A stretch of 64,000 nt of DNA from NCBI GenBank assembly GCA_003971905.1, contig RSEE01000081.1, positions 248,001-312,000 on the forward strand, written 5' to 3'. This document shows positions 12,829-24,626 of this stretch, piece by piece. The notes under the pieces are model-generated. The model was not told the origin of the DNA. It did not search any database and worked only from the letters and a program-made list of their open reading frames with translations. Origin of the DNA: Moniliella sp. 'wahieum'. Its lineage: Eukaryota. The translations under genes were made by a program, and so were the position numbers. The stretch's first letter is position 1; every line of letters begins with the position of its first letter.

Positions 12829-15090
12829 TCAGCATCCTCCACATACGCCACCGCCGAAACCACCGGCTCCGCCACCACCTCCACAGGAACCACCACCTCC
12901 CCCACAGGCACCTCCGGCGCTCCCACCCCACCAGCCGCGGAGCACGAGGAAAACCCGCCCACGGCACTGCAGCCACTCGCACCACAGGAGCCTGCGGCCA
13001 CAGCGCCAACAGGTTCCAGCCACGCACGCTCCCAAACTTCCGGCGCCATGGCGACACACGCGGGGTTGCTTGCATACGTGCCCGAGTTGGAACCGGCAGT
13101 GATAGATGGATCTGGTAGTACGGAGCGTAGTAGGCATGTAGACGGGATAGACTCCCCACGCCATTGTGGGCGCTTCCGAATTGGCTTGAGCACGTTTCTC
13201 GTCTACATTGCCCGTGAGAAGCCCGCGTTTTGTGCAGTCGCCGTTGTGCCGCTTCGGCCTTGGAGACGAGACGACGATGCCGGACTGCCTCGCCACGTAC
13301 CACTGCCTCGTCCCCTTCGGTGGGCACGGAATTGTGGGCAGAAATGTGGGCGTTGCGCTCGGGATGGTTGTGGTCGATGTTGGGGTTAGAATAGAGGGCG
13401 TCCGCGTTGACCCGTGCCTGGGAGGCAGTGGACGAGGAAAACAAAAGCGCCGGTGACGCACGGTTGGTTTGGCTTTCGCGTACCGCCTCGCAGTACCAGC
13501 ACGTACACTCTGAGTACGGCTGGCCATTGGTCAAGTTGGCATAGCGCTTGGTTGTGAGCTCAAATGCATCGCTCAACCGACCCGAGGCGACTTTATCATC
13601 ATGGTTGATCATCCGCTTCATGTGATGCACCGTGTAGCAGTAATACCGTGCCGGGCTGAGTTGGTGGGTGTGCCAAGCCAAGTCCACGTCCAATGTCGGC
13701 ACCGCCATGGAACCAGGGTATTTCTTCATGATTTCGAGAAAGACGGAATACTTGGCAATCAACCGTGCCATGGTGTGCTCCAGTGCCGGCGAATGCAACC
13801 AATCAATCTCATCCATCTTGCGCACAAACGTGCCTTGGCGCAACACTGCCCCCACCAAGTCCAACCCAATGAGACGAGTTTTCCCAGTAACGTGACATCA
13901 TTGCCCGAATCCCCAACGCCGGGCTATTGCCACCTCCCGTTTGACCGGCTGCGAACGTCCAACCGCTCGTACGATCGTCCGGTTAGAAAAGATCACCTCC
14001 ATTTGCTCCCGCACCTCCAACATGGTCAGGTACGGATTGGCGTCAAAGTTCACCTTTCTCTGCAGTACCTCCAGTCCGCGTACCAACAGATGGCTCGCAT
14101 ACGATTGGCTAATCACCGGCAGCGGATTTTGGGGGGACGGCCATCGTAGGAAAGAATGGTACCGGGCATGGCCACATCCTTGCCTACCAGTTGGCTATAG
14201 TCGTACCGGAACTTGCCACACGCAGCGTATCGTGCGTGATGTGAAACTTGCACGAGGTACAGTCGGTGGCTAAATTGGTATCGGTAAACCCGTCCTTTGC
14301 GTCAAACCATGGCTTGGTCAGCTCGCCCAGGGGGCCACCAGTGGCCCATGGAATCTCTTCCTCCCGCTTGCAACGGGGACACTTGATCTTCTTCCCACCC
14401 TGGTCGTCTTGGTTTCGCCAGGCACGGCCGGTGGCTCGTTGAAACGAGTCGGCAGCCTCGGCAGAGGGAAGGTAATCGAGCGAGTCATTGATGCACTCAT
14501 CAATCAGGGCCCAGGGGAAGCCTACATTCCACACCCGCATGTGACCTGTACGAAGACAGTCTTCGAGGTAGTTGGTGGGGTTGAGGCAAAATGCGTGCCA
14601 GACCATCAGTACATCCAGCGGGGGCAGATTTTCCCTGCTCCCAGCGGTGGGTCCGAAGGCGACTTGGTGTTCTTCATCGCATCAGCCAACCTGTGGTTGA
14701 TTCAACCAGGTCAACGGTGATCGCTGGGCCTGAAGATGGCAAACATTCTTCCAAAATTGCTCAAACCGATCGGCGGCGCGTGCCACATAAACTGACCAGC
14801 GCTTTTCCCGCATCAGGGCCAGACCCTTGCTTTGATCTTCCTCCTTCTGGAATTGGCTCAACACGTCCTCGTCACGCAGGCCAAACAGACCATCAATATG
14901 GGCAATCGAATCGCGCAAATCGGCAAAGACAGCAAGCAAGCGCAAATGAGCGACACACTCGTCGGACGTGACAGTCTGTGTGGTGTCGCTGGCAGCGATG
15001 GGGGAAGGTGCGCTGATAGGGGGGTAGGCTGGTGGGGCCTCGCCTAGGCTGGGGGCGAGGGGGGGGGAACACCTTCTTGTCGGGCAACAT
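12829..15090 (-). CDS. Glycine-rich domain-containing protein (GRDP/DUF1399 family), paralogue 1; frameshifted
   Basis: ECVAHLRLLAVFADLR, WSVYVARAADRF, LPPLDVLMVWHAFCLNP..YLEDCLR, DLVGAVLRQGTFVRKM..IDWLHSP, VPTLDVDLAWHTHQLSP, INHDD, YSECTCWYCE, and a Gly/Cys-rich tail. Confidence 0.88.
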
Positions 15091-16443
15091 ATTGCAGCAG
15101 CAGTGTAGTGAGCCTGGTATAGAGGCGAGTAGCGAGATGGGCTATGCGGGTTGTTGAAGATGGTGAAGGGGAAGGGCAGGGCGGCGTGTGTGTGGGCGGG
15201 GGGGTGTTGGTGGCAGAGAGGGAGACACCCACCGAATTTATGCGAGCACGGAGGGCTGGAGGAGGGATGCAATCGGAGTTGGATGGCCGGCGCCAAGCTT
15301 GGCAACAACGTACAAGAGAGAGTTGGGAGGAGATCACTTAGTTGGGACAGTATCTCTTGTGCTCGGCATGTGTGCACACGTTTCGTGGCACGGGTGATGC
15401 AGTGATGGGCGCAGTCTGATATGGCGTTGCAGGCGAGTGGTTTCCAGCAGGGGTCGAATGAGTGGGCTCACCAAATTAATCGATCTTCATTGCTTCGTAG
15501 TCCTTGTGAGCAAGGGACATAATAGCGCGACGAGCGGCCTTGGTGACCGGTGACCCCGATGACCGGTGACTGGATGAGACATGGGGTGTGAGACAACAGA
15601 GCGCGAAGTGAACTGGGGACCGGTGATCGTTGATCGTTGAGGCCGGCCTGAGGCCTGAGTCCCTGAGTACTCAGACTGAGTAGATCAGAGCCTGGGGGCC
15701 TCACCGACCTCGCACTGGCATGGCCCAACGCCCATCCGCCACCCGACCAAAGCTTCGTCGACATATGGTCGATGATCGATGATTGATGACGTCGATGAGA
15801 TGACGGATCGATGACGTCTGCCGGAAAAACAGTCATAGAACTGGGCGCAGGGGTAGCGGCTGTATTTGGATCCGGTCTGCGGCCGCGAGCAAGTGGGCGC
15901 GGGAGGGCCCTGGTGGCCGGTGACCTCACCCTCCCCCGCTGCAGGAACTAAGGAGCACTAGTAGGCGAACAGCGCGAGTCGGATGTCTGAGGCCAGCCTT
16001 ACGGCACTGTGTGCCAGCTCCGGCAACACGTGGTACACGACAAGTGCTTTTTTGCTGGAAATGTTCGACTGTGTCGTTAAAACGCGTTGCGGCGTTCGCG
16101 TTACGCGTACATGATGCATGATACCAGCACATCCGCTGTATCCCTCGTCCAGGAGCAGCTGCGACTGCTGCGCGTCGTTAGTACGTGTCTCTGTTCGCTC
16201 CGCCTTGCGGGGTAGACAGGTCGCTGTGGGCCGTGCGGGCCGTACAACGCCGCACATGCCACAGCTGATGTACTACCCCGGTGTAACGTATTCAACGTTC
16301 AACGTTTACCCGGTGTGGTCCTCCTCGCGCCCAATTTGCACTCTGCTAGAGCAGGCTACGCGCTGAGGTTCAGCCCATCGCGTATCCCATGTCAGAACAC
16401 ATCAGCCGAACGAGGAAGTGCTATCGGCTGATATTCTTGGCGC

Positions 16444-16568
16444 CTTCGCAGCCTTCGCAACCTTCGCAACCTTCGCAATCTTCGCAATCTTCGCAGTCTT
16501 CGCAGTCTTCGCAGCCTTCGCAGCCTTCGCTTCGCAGTCTTCGCAGCCACAGTCTTCGCAGCCTTCGC
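16444..16568. repeat. 9-bp tandem repeat (CTTCGCARY)n, ~9 contiguous units plus degenerate ones
   Basis: Seen directly: cttcgcagc cttcgcaac cttcgcaac cttcgcaat cttcgcaat cttcgcagt... Confidence 0.9.
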
Positions 16569-17482
16569 TTGCTTCTGTTGGAGGGTAGTGCTAGGGTTCA
16601 GGGTTCCCCAGCACGGCCCTCAGTGGATCGGTGACGCTCGCTTAGCCGGCCGGGCGGAAGAGCTCCGCTTGCAGGGCGCGCACACCCTGCTCGTTCCATC
16701 TCCCGTCTCTCTTTCCTGCCTCCTCCCTTCAGGCGTTTCTTGAAGACTTGTGTGGCTCACCACTTTGCCTTCACACCTTGTCTGAAGGGCTTTGCAGCTG
16801 ATCCATAGGATCGCGAGTGCTCCCAAGTCGCACTCTATCGCAGCTTCGTCTGCTTCGCTTTGTCAACATCTATGCCAGTGCGATGGGGCTTAGACAGGAG
16901 GGGTTACCAAAAGGGTCAGCCAACAGTCATCATCCTCGATCAGTGGGGATCCTTTATCCCACCTTCCATTCTCGTCCCTTCCCGCCTTTCCTTTCCAACT
17001 CCTGACCGTTTCCAGCCAACAATTCATTGAGTACAGGCAACCTCTCGTTCCACTTAGCTGTCTCGTCTTCTTCATCCAACCTCGTCCTCAAGCTTTCCAT
17101 CCGCCCCAGTCGGGTGAGCCTTCCTTCAGCCGCGTCGATTCCCAGTACCACAGCATATCTCGTGGGTTCCTTTCACAGCCATGCCTCGACAGCCGCCTTG
17201 CCCAGCCTCAGCCCTCTGGCAGTGCTTGTCCTCCGCTGCATCTACCCGTCCCTAAGCCCCGGAAGCTTCAGACACTTTACTACCTTCGAGCCGCCGGCGC
17301 ATACGCAGCCTCCTTGCTCCACCACTCCGCCTTGTTCCAGGTTACTCTTTGCACCACCGATCCCCTTTTAAGGTAGTGGAGGGACGCATCGACGTCATAG
17401 GTCATGGGCGAGCCCCGAGACGGAGCCCGGCCCCGGAATTTGAGGGTGAAAGCCCTTGGACATGGCATTAGAGAGCTACAAA

Positions 17483-18120
17483 TGTTAGGTCCTGCTTCAG
17501 ATTCTGGTTGAACCGAGCGGGTGTAGAGGCAATGGGAGACCCTCTAGTTTGGGTGGCTGCCTCCGTGCAAAGGCCGCAGTTCAGACCTCCGAGGAGTAGG
17601 AGCCGCGTACGTAGGTCGTAAGACTAATTGAAAGGGGTCCAGCTGTACAGGACCTTCGACGTTGCTCTGTTCCTCGCGGCGTTACCACACTCGGTACGCA
17701 GTAGTATAGGCGGGAACAGATAGAGTCTTAAAGAAGAGCAAGCGACTGATAGTAACCGTGGCTTGCAGAGTGGTCGACGGAAGTCGTAAATTCGTAAGCG
17801 TAAGGGTGAAGCTTGAAGAGGAAGCTTGAAGAGGGAAGTCGGGGGGAAGACGGGGTTGGGCGGGGAGGATCACCGCCAGCAATAAGCCTCAGACCGGCTG
17901 CTTATATACCGTAAATCAGAACAGGCATCAACGTTCAAACAGAAGGAAGGGGATCTACAGTAGTAAGAGGTAAAGGGCGGCCTGTGCTGCCCAGACTGCG
18001 ATCCGGTGGGCCGCAGTCGATGTGGGGTTCTGTCAAGATCGGGCGCCGCAGATACGAAGCTCCGTGCCATTAAGTCAGGTCCTCTCCTGGCCCTCTGCGA
18101 AAATATCCGTGGCAAGTTAT
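17483..18120 (-). mobile_element. LTR-like dispersed repeat (inverted partner of 12121-12713)
   Basis: On the minus strand it ends GGACCTAACA (terminal CA at 17483), matching GGACCT at the end of the 12.7 kb copy. TATATAAGCAGCC at ~17896-17908. The other boundary is uncertain. Confidence 0.55.
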
Positions 18121-18234
18121 CTGTGCTGACTCTTACTCGCAAGTGTCGCGGGGCTGGCGTGGATTCGATGAGATCGAGTTCTACGAAATGCGGGGATCGG
18201 CGTCTGGAGATGACCGGAGCGCCCCATAACACCA

Positions 18235-18790
18235 TACCTTTTTGAAGGCATTCATTTCCAACAAAGACACCCCAACGATTCATCGTGCGCTTGACAGCAA
18301 TGTGCTGATGCGTGTTCGAATACCCGCACCAAAGCCTCCCTATCTCACGCGCGACGTAATACGTCCCTTCTATGATAACTCATCAACACTGGAAAGGGCT
18401 CAGTGTAAGTCCACATGCTAATAGTACTAGAGACAAACACTGCCTTCGTTTTCTAGTCCGTATCATACGACTCAGCGTATAGCAGTTGGAGATGTTAATG
18501 AAAGGCGGTAAACGGGAGCAGAAGGAATCAAAAGATGAGTCCGTGTTTTCCGAGTGCAGGAGGATCTGAATCAAAACACCCGGAGAACAAACGGGTGGTG
18601 AAGAGGGATGCGACATTCAACAGCAGCAGACGGTGTCGGAAACAGAGCCGGGCCTTGGCTCTGTACAGATAGCGAATAGAAAAAAAGTATCATCATCGTC
18701 AGTAAAGTTGCGCGGGCGCTGGGGTGAAAAGTGCAGTGATGGTATGGACAAACTGACGGGGCAAAAATGACAAGACAAGGACAAAGACAA
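18235..18790 (-). pseudogene. Internally deleted remnant of the GPI-type Ser/Thr protein gene (3' flank, part of last exon, part of intron)
   Basis: Blocks match 9168-9382, 9585-9678 and 9843-9975 in order, then jump to the homologue of ~11630. Confidence 0.75.
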
Positions 18791-19128
18791 CCTTTCGTAT
18801 ATGTCCTCCCACGTAGTAAGCAGGCATACCCATTATAGATCCCATCCCGCTTTGCCCACGGCCGCACACACCAAATTCCGACCCAGAGTAAGACAGCCTA
18901 CCCACCTCTTTTGTGAATCATGCATCAGGAGCAACCACAGGAGTGGCATCAATGTATCAACCCAAAATATGGCGATACAGATGTAGTATGGGGGGATCGT
19001 ACCAATCCAGCTTGCCGCCGTTCGTCCAAACCAAACGAGAAAGGTCAGGAACAAGGATAAAGCATGTGGGGAATACGGTGGTGTGGTCGGGGAGAGAGGC
19101 GGTGCATGAGAAGCGTTCGCCTGAACGC

Positions 19129-19648
19129 TTACGCACTGCCCGGGGCCTTGACCACCGCAGCGACACACTCAATCTCAATGCTAACGTCCAGGGGAACGGG
19201 CAACCTCGACGGCGGAGCGGGCAGGCTTGTGGCCTTCAAAAGCCTATAGGCAGCAGGAAGACAACAGTCAGCGAAGGAAGGGGGGAGGCAAATTAAAGGG
19301 CATATGAGGTCATATGGTCATACGAAGGCAGAAACGTACTGCTCGTATACAGCATTGATCCGCTTAAAGTGTTCCATGTTCTTGATGAACACTGTCGTCT
19401 TGAGCACCGACGACTTTTCTGCCCCAGCAGCCTTCAGGACAGCGAACAGGTTCTTGAACACCTGCTCCGTCTGTTTCTCAATCACCCCCGGCGCCGAAGC
19501 ATCGCCCTCGCCACCCTCAACCAACTTGCCCGTCTTCGGGTCGAGGGGATGCAGCCACATAAGCAGTCTGCGTGGCCTCATGCACAATGACCTGCGAATA
19601 GGGTCCCAAAGCGGCAGGAGCGTCGGGGGTGCTGTAAGCGGTAGGCAT
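19129..19648 (-). CDS. RidA/YjgF/YER057c/UK114 family enamine/imine deaminase (Mmf1/Hmf1-like); intron ~19244-19339
   Basis: MPTAYSTPDAPAALGPYSQ..., PLDPKTGKLVEG, QTEQVFKNLFAVLKAAGA...VLKTTVFIKNMEHFKRINAVY, then exon 2 AFEGHKPARSAVEVA..PLDVSIEIECVA. Confidence 0.92.
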
Positions 19649-20023
19649 GTTGGGAAACAGCGTGGAGAGCAAGGCAACAGTGGTGGTGGTTGTAAACACG
19701 GAGATCTGTCATGCCCAGAATGGCTGAGCGCCACGTCCGTGCGGCGGACGCGCGTTGCACCGAACCACATGACTCACTAGTCTTACCGGTAACCGTTACC
19801 GGTAACCTGGGCTCTGAGCGGACCCTTTGAAACGCACACGCCCAACGCGAGTAAACACTTCAAAGGGATGCGGCAGGAGAAAAGTACAAGACCGGTGGTC
19901 CGGTGATGAGCGGTGCAAAATCTCTATCTATTGGGTGTCCAGAAGAGGAGGTTTTCAAGACTTGGGCAGAAAAAAAGATAATAATCAACCACATTGAAAA
20001 AAATTAGGACGCCCATGTCGGGT

Positions 20024-20104
20024 CGAACGACGCAGGGGTCGAACCTGCAACCTCCTGATTACAACTAGTCGTAGTCAGACGCGCTACCATTGCGCCAGCC
20101 GTCC
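20024..20104 (-). tRNA. tRNA-Arg(ACG) with ~9-nt intron
   Basis: Reverse complement folds as GGACGGC/GTCGTTC acceptor, GCGC D-stem, TCTGA-CTACGA..-TCAGG anticodon arm and GCAGG-TTCGACC-CCTGC T arm. An oligo-T terminator follows (A run at 19997-20003). Confidence 0.93.
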
Positions 20105-20701
20105 TTGGTGCGTAAGTCCACCCCACACTACAAGTAACAAAATGTTACCACCGCATGCATCATATCATTTCCGGAACTGTGAACACTATTGCGCCTATCA
20201 GACTCTTTCCTTCGACGTGTATTGTTTCTCGTGCCAACCCATTCAAGGCTGAAAGATGTGACTCGCCAGCAGACCAGGATCCTCTGCCTCCCTGATTTGC
20301 TTCCAAATGGAGTGATGAGAATGGATACGGATCTTGTCAAGTGTAGAGACTTGTGTGCGTGAGCGAAGAGATGAATCATCTCCACTGAAGGAAAGAGAAG
20401 CTTCCAACACTTACATATCCTGTTGATCATCTTGGTAGCGTAGTAGAGCCCGCGCGTTGCCTTGGCCGGAGGAAGAATGACTCTTGAGTGCAACTACCAA
20501 CTTTCCAAATGTCAAGGTGTTTCCCGAAGCCTAAAACCCTCCATACACTTTCTTTTCACCGTTTGCACCATTTCTGAGAGCTGTTTGTATATAGTGGAGG
20601 CCATTTATGGTGTCTCCATCAGTATAGAGATATACAGAGGAGGAAGGATGGGAACAACAAGGTCAAAAGCAGCATGAGCATTCAACAATTGAGGGTGTGG
20701 G

Positions 20702-23700
20702 TAGTAGGTTCGATAGCATCATCATGTGGTTCACATCATTCATGTGGAGAGGGTATAGACATTCAGACAAGAACGCGGGCACACAAGAGAAAGCAGCAGC
20801 GCTTCCACTGTGTACCTCGCAGGCCCTCTCAGCATCCTCCACATCCACCACCGCCAACACCGCATCCGCCAGCACCTCCTCCACAGGCACCTGCTCCACC
20901 TGCCACGTTCCCACACCCACCAGCCGCGGAGCACGAGGAAAACCCGCCCACAGCACTGCAGCCACTCGCACCACAGGAGCCTGCGGCCACAGCTCCGCCA
21001 CAGGTCCCAGCCACGCACGCTCCCAAACTTCCGGCGCCCATGGCAACACACGCGGGGTTGCCTGCGTACATTCCCGAGTTGGAACCTGCAGTGATACATG
21101 GATCTGGGTAGTAAGGAGCGTAGTAGGGCATGTAGACAGGATAGACTCCCCACGCCATAGTCGCCGCTTCATCATTGGCCAGAGCACGCTTCTCGTTGCA
21201 TCTCTAGTGAGCAGACCGCGTTTGTGCAGTCGCCGTTGTGCCGCTTCGGCCTTAGAGACGAGACGACGATGCCGGACTGCTTCACCACGTACCGCTGCCT
21301 GGTCCCCTTCGGTGGACACGGCATTGTGGGCAGAAATGTGGGCGTTGCGCTCGGGATGGTTGTGGTCGATGTTGGGGTTAGAATGGAGGGCGTCCGCGTT
21401 GACCCGTGCCTGGAGGCAGTGGACGAGGAAAACAAAAGCGCTGGTGACACACGGCTTGTTTGGCTTTCACGCACCGCCTCACAGTACCAGCACGTACACT
21501 CTGAGTACGGCTGGCCATTGGTCAAGTTGGCATAGCGCTTGGATGTGAGCTCAAATGCATCGCTCAACCGACCCGAGGCGACTTTATCATCATGGTTGAT
21601 CATCCGCTTCATGTGATGCACCGTGTAGCAGTAATACCGTGCCGGGCTGAGTTGGTGGGTGTGCCAAGCCAAGTCCACGTCCAATGTCGGCACCGCCATG
21701 GAACCAGGGTATTTCTTCATGATTTCGAGAAGATGGAATACTTGGCAATCAACCGCGCCATCGTCTGCTCCAGTGCCGGCGAATGCAACCAATCAATCTC
21801 ATCCATCTTGCACACAAACGTGCCTTGGCGCAACACTGCCCCCACCAAGTCCAACCCAAACGGAGACGAATTTTCCCAGTACCGTGACATCATTGCCCGA
21901 ACCCCCACACGCCGGGCAACTGCCACCTCTCGTTGACCGGTTTGGAACCTCCAACCACTCGTACGATCATCCGGTTGGCACACGTCAGCTCCATCTGCTC
22001 CCGCACCTCCAGCATGGTCAGGTACGGATTGGCGTCAAAGTTCACCTTTTTCTGCAGTACCTCCAGCCCGTGTAACAACAGATGGCTCGCGTACGATTGG
22101 CTCATCACCGTCAAAGGATGGTGGGGCGGACGACCGTCGTAGGAAAGAATGGTACGGGCATAGCCACATCCGCGCTTACCAGTTGGCTATAGTCATACCG
22201 GAACTTGGCTACACGCAGCGTATCGTGCGTGATGTGAAATTGCACGAGGTACAGTCGGTGGTTAGGTTGGTATCGGTAAACCCGTCCTTTGCGTCAAACC
22301 ATGGCTTGGTCAGCTCGCCCAGGGGGCCACCAGTGGCCCATGGAATCTCTTCCTCCCGCTTGCAACGGGGACACTTGATCTTCTTCCCACCCTGGTCGTC
22401 TTGGTTTCGCCAGGCACGGCCGGTGGCCCGGGGGAACGCGTCGGCAGCCTCAGCAGAGGGAAGGTAATCGAGCGATCGTTGATGCACTCATCAATCAGGG
22501 CCCAGGGAAGCCTACATTCCACACCCGCATGTGGCCTGTACGAAGACAGTCTTCGAGGTAGTTGGTGGGTTGAGGCAAATGCGTGCCAGACCATCAGTAC
22601 ATCCAGCGGGGGCAGATTTTCCCTGCTCCACAGCGGTGGGTCCGAAGGCGACTTGGTGTTCTTCATCGCATCAGCCAAACCTGTGGTTGAGTCAACCAGG
22701 TCAACAGTGATCGCTGGGCCTGAGGATGGCAAGCAGTTCTTCCAAAATTGCTCAAACCGATCGGCGGCGCGTGCCACATAAACGGACCAGCGCTTTTCCC
22801 GCATCAGGGCCAGACCCTTGCTTTTATCCTCCTCCTTCGGGAATTGGCTCAACACGTCCTCGTCACGCAGGCCAAACAGACCATCAATATGGGCAATCGA
22901 ATCGCGCAAATCGGCAAAGACAGCGAGCAAGCGCAAATGAGCGACACACTCGTCGGACGTGACAGTCTGTGTGGTGTCGCTGGCAGCGATGTGGGGGAAG
23001 GTGCGCTGATAGGGGGTGTAGGCTGGTGGGGCCTCGCCTAGGCTGGGGGGCGAGGGGGGGGGGAACACCTTCTTGTCGAACGGCATATTGCAGCAGCAGT
23101 GTAGTGAACCTAGTGTAGAGGCGAGTGACGAGATGCGGTATGCGAGGTTGCTGAAGATGGTGAAGGGGAAGGGCAGGTTGGTGTGTATGGGGGGGTGTTG
23201 GTAGCAGAGGGGAGAGAAGAGCAGCGAGGCACCCCCGAATTTATGCGAGCACGGAGGGCTGCAGGAGCGATGCCGTCGGAGTTGAATGGCCGGCGCCAAG
23301 CATGGCAACGTACAAGAGACAGCTGGGAGGAGATCACTTCGTTGGGACAGTATCTCTCTGTGCTCGACATGTGCACACGTTGCGTGTTACGGGTGATGTA
23401 GTGACGGGCGCGGCCTGAGATCTCTGAGATCTGATATGGCGTTCTAGGTGAGTGGTGAGTGGTGAGTTGCTTCCAGCAGGGGGGGGTCGAACGAGTGCGC
23501 TCACCAAATTAATCGATCTTCATAGCTTCATAGTCCTTGGGCAGGAGGGAGCAGTGTGCGTTTGGAGAGACACCAGCGCGACGAGTGCCGGACGTGACCG
23601 GTGACCCTGTGCGACCTGTGACCAGCGACCGGTGACTGGGTGAGACCTGGGGCCTGGGCTGTGAGACAGCAGAGCGCGAGGTGAACCGGGGACCGGTGAG

Positions 23701-24626
23701 GCCTGAGTCCTCCTGAAGCCTGAGGCCTGACCGGTGACGGCAGTGCTCGGTGCCTGAGACTGTGAGTACGATGTCCTGCCTATAGTACTCACTGAACTGA
23801 GTATTGGGACTGAGTACACTGAGTGTGTACTGAGTATCCGAGTAGCAGAGACGCAAGCATACGATACGGTGCACTCGCTTACCTCGCCCATCTCCCTCTC
23901 TTCAGGTTTCTGGCCTCAGGGCCTCAAGGCCTCAGGGGCCTCATCGACACCGCACTGGCATCGCCCAACGCGCACCCGCTACCCGACCACAGCTTCGTCG
24001 ACATGTGGTCGATGATCGATGATTGATGACGTCGATGACGTCTACCGGGAAAACAGTCATAGGACCGGGCCGGGGGGCTGTATCTTGGTCCGGTCTGTGG
24101 CCGCGAGCAAGTGGGCGCGGGAGAGCCCGGGTGGCCGGTGACCTCACCCTCCCCGCCGCAGGAACGAAGGAGCGCGAGCGCGAGGAAGCCGAATAGCGCG
24201 AATCGGATATCTGAGGCCAGCTCTACCCCCTGTGCCAGCTCCAGCGACAGATATGTGCTTTTTGCTGAATGTTAGACTGCGTCGTTAACACGCGTTGGGG
24301 CGTTCGCGTTACAGGCTACATGAGCATGATATCAGCACATCTGCTGCATCCCTCTTTCAGTACGTGTCTCTGTCCGCTCCGCCTTGCGGGGTAGACAGGT
24401 CGCTGTAAACATTGCGGGCCGTGGAATGCCGAACGCCGCGCATGGCACACAGCTGATGCACTACACCCGGGTGTTACTATAAACGCATTCAAATTTTACC
24501 CGATGCGGTTCCCCTCGCGCCTAACTTCCCCCTGCTAGAGCAGGCTACGCCCTGAGGTTCAGCGCTGAGGCTCAGCGCTCAGCCTGAGCCCGCTCCCGTG
24601 ACCCATGTCAGAACATATCAGCCGAA
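20702..24626 (+). repeat. Direct diverged duplicate of ~12714-16410 (GRDP gene plus upstream region)
   Basis: Colinear similarity from TAGGTTCGATAGCATCATCATGT to CCCATGTCAGAACAYATCAGCCGAA in both copies. Confidence 0.95.
20829..23087 (-). CDS. Glycine-rich domain-containing protein (GRDP/DUF1399 family), paralogue 2; frameshifted
   Basis: Same motifs as 12829-15090. Starts MPFDKKVFPPP and ends ...GGGGCGGC*. Confidence 0.88.

Noticed and set aside
16444..16568. CRISPR-like array
   Set aside because: Simple 9-bp tandem repeat without spacers, in a eukaryotic context with no cas genes.
20128..20660. Possible small spliced minus-strand gene (GTAAGT donor near 20414)
   Set aside because: No clear start or stop and no recognisable homology.
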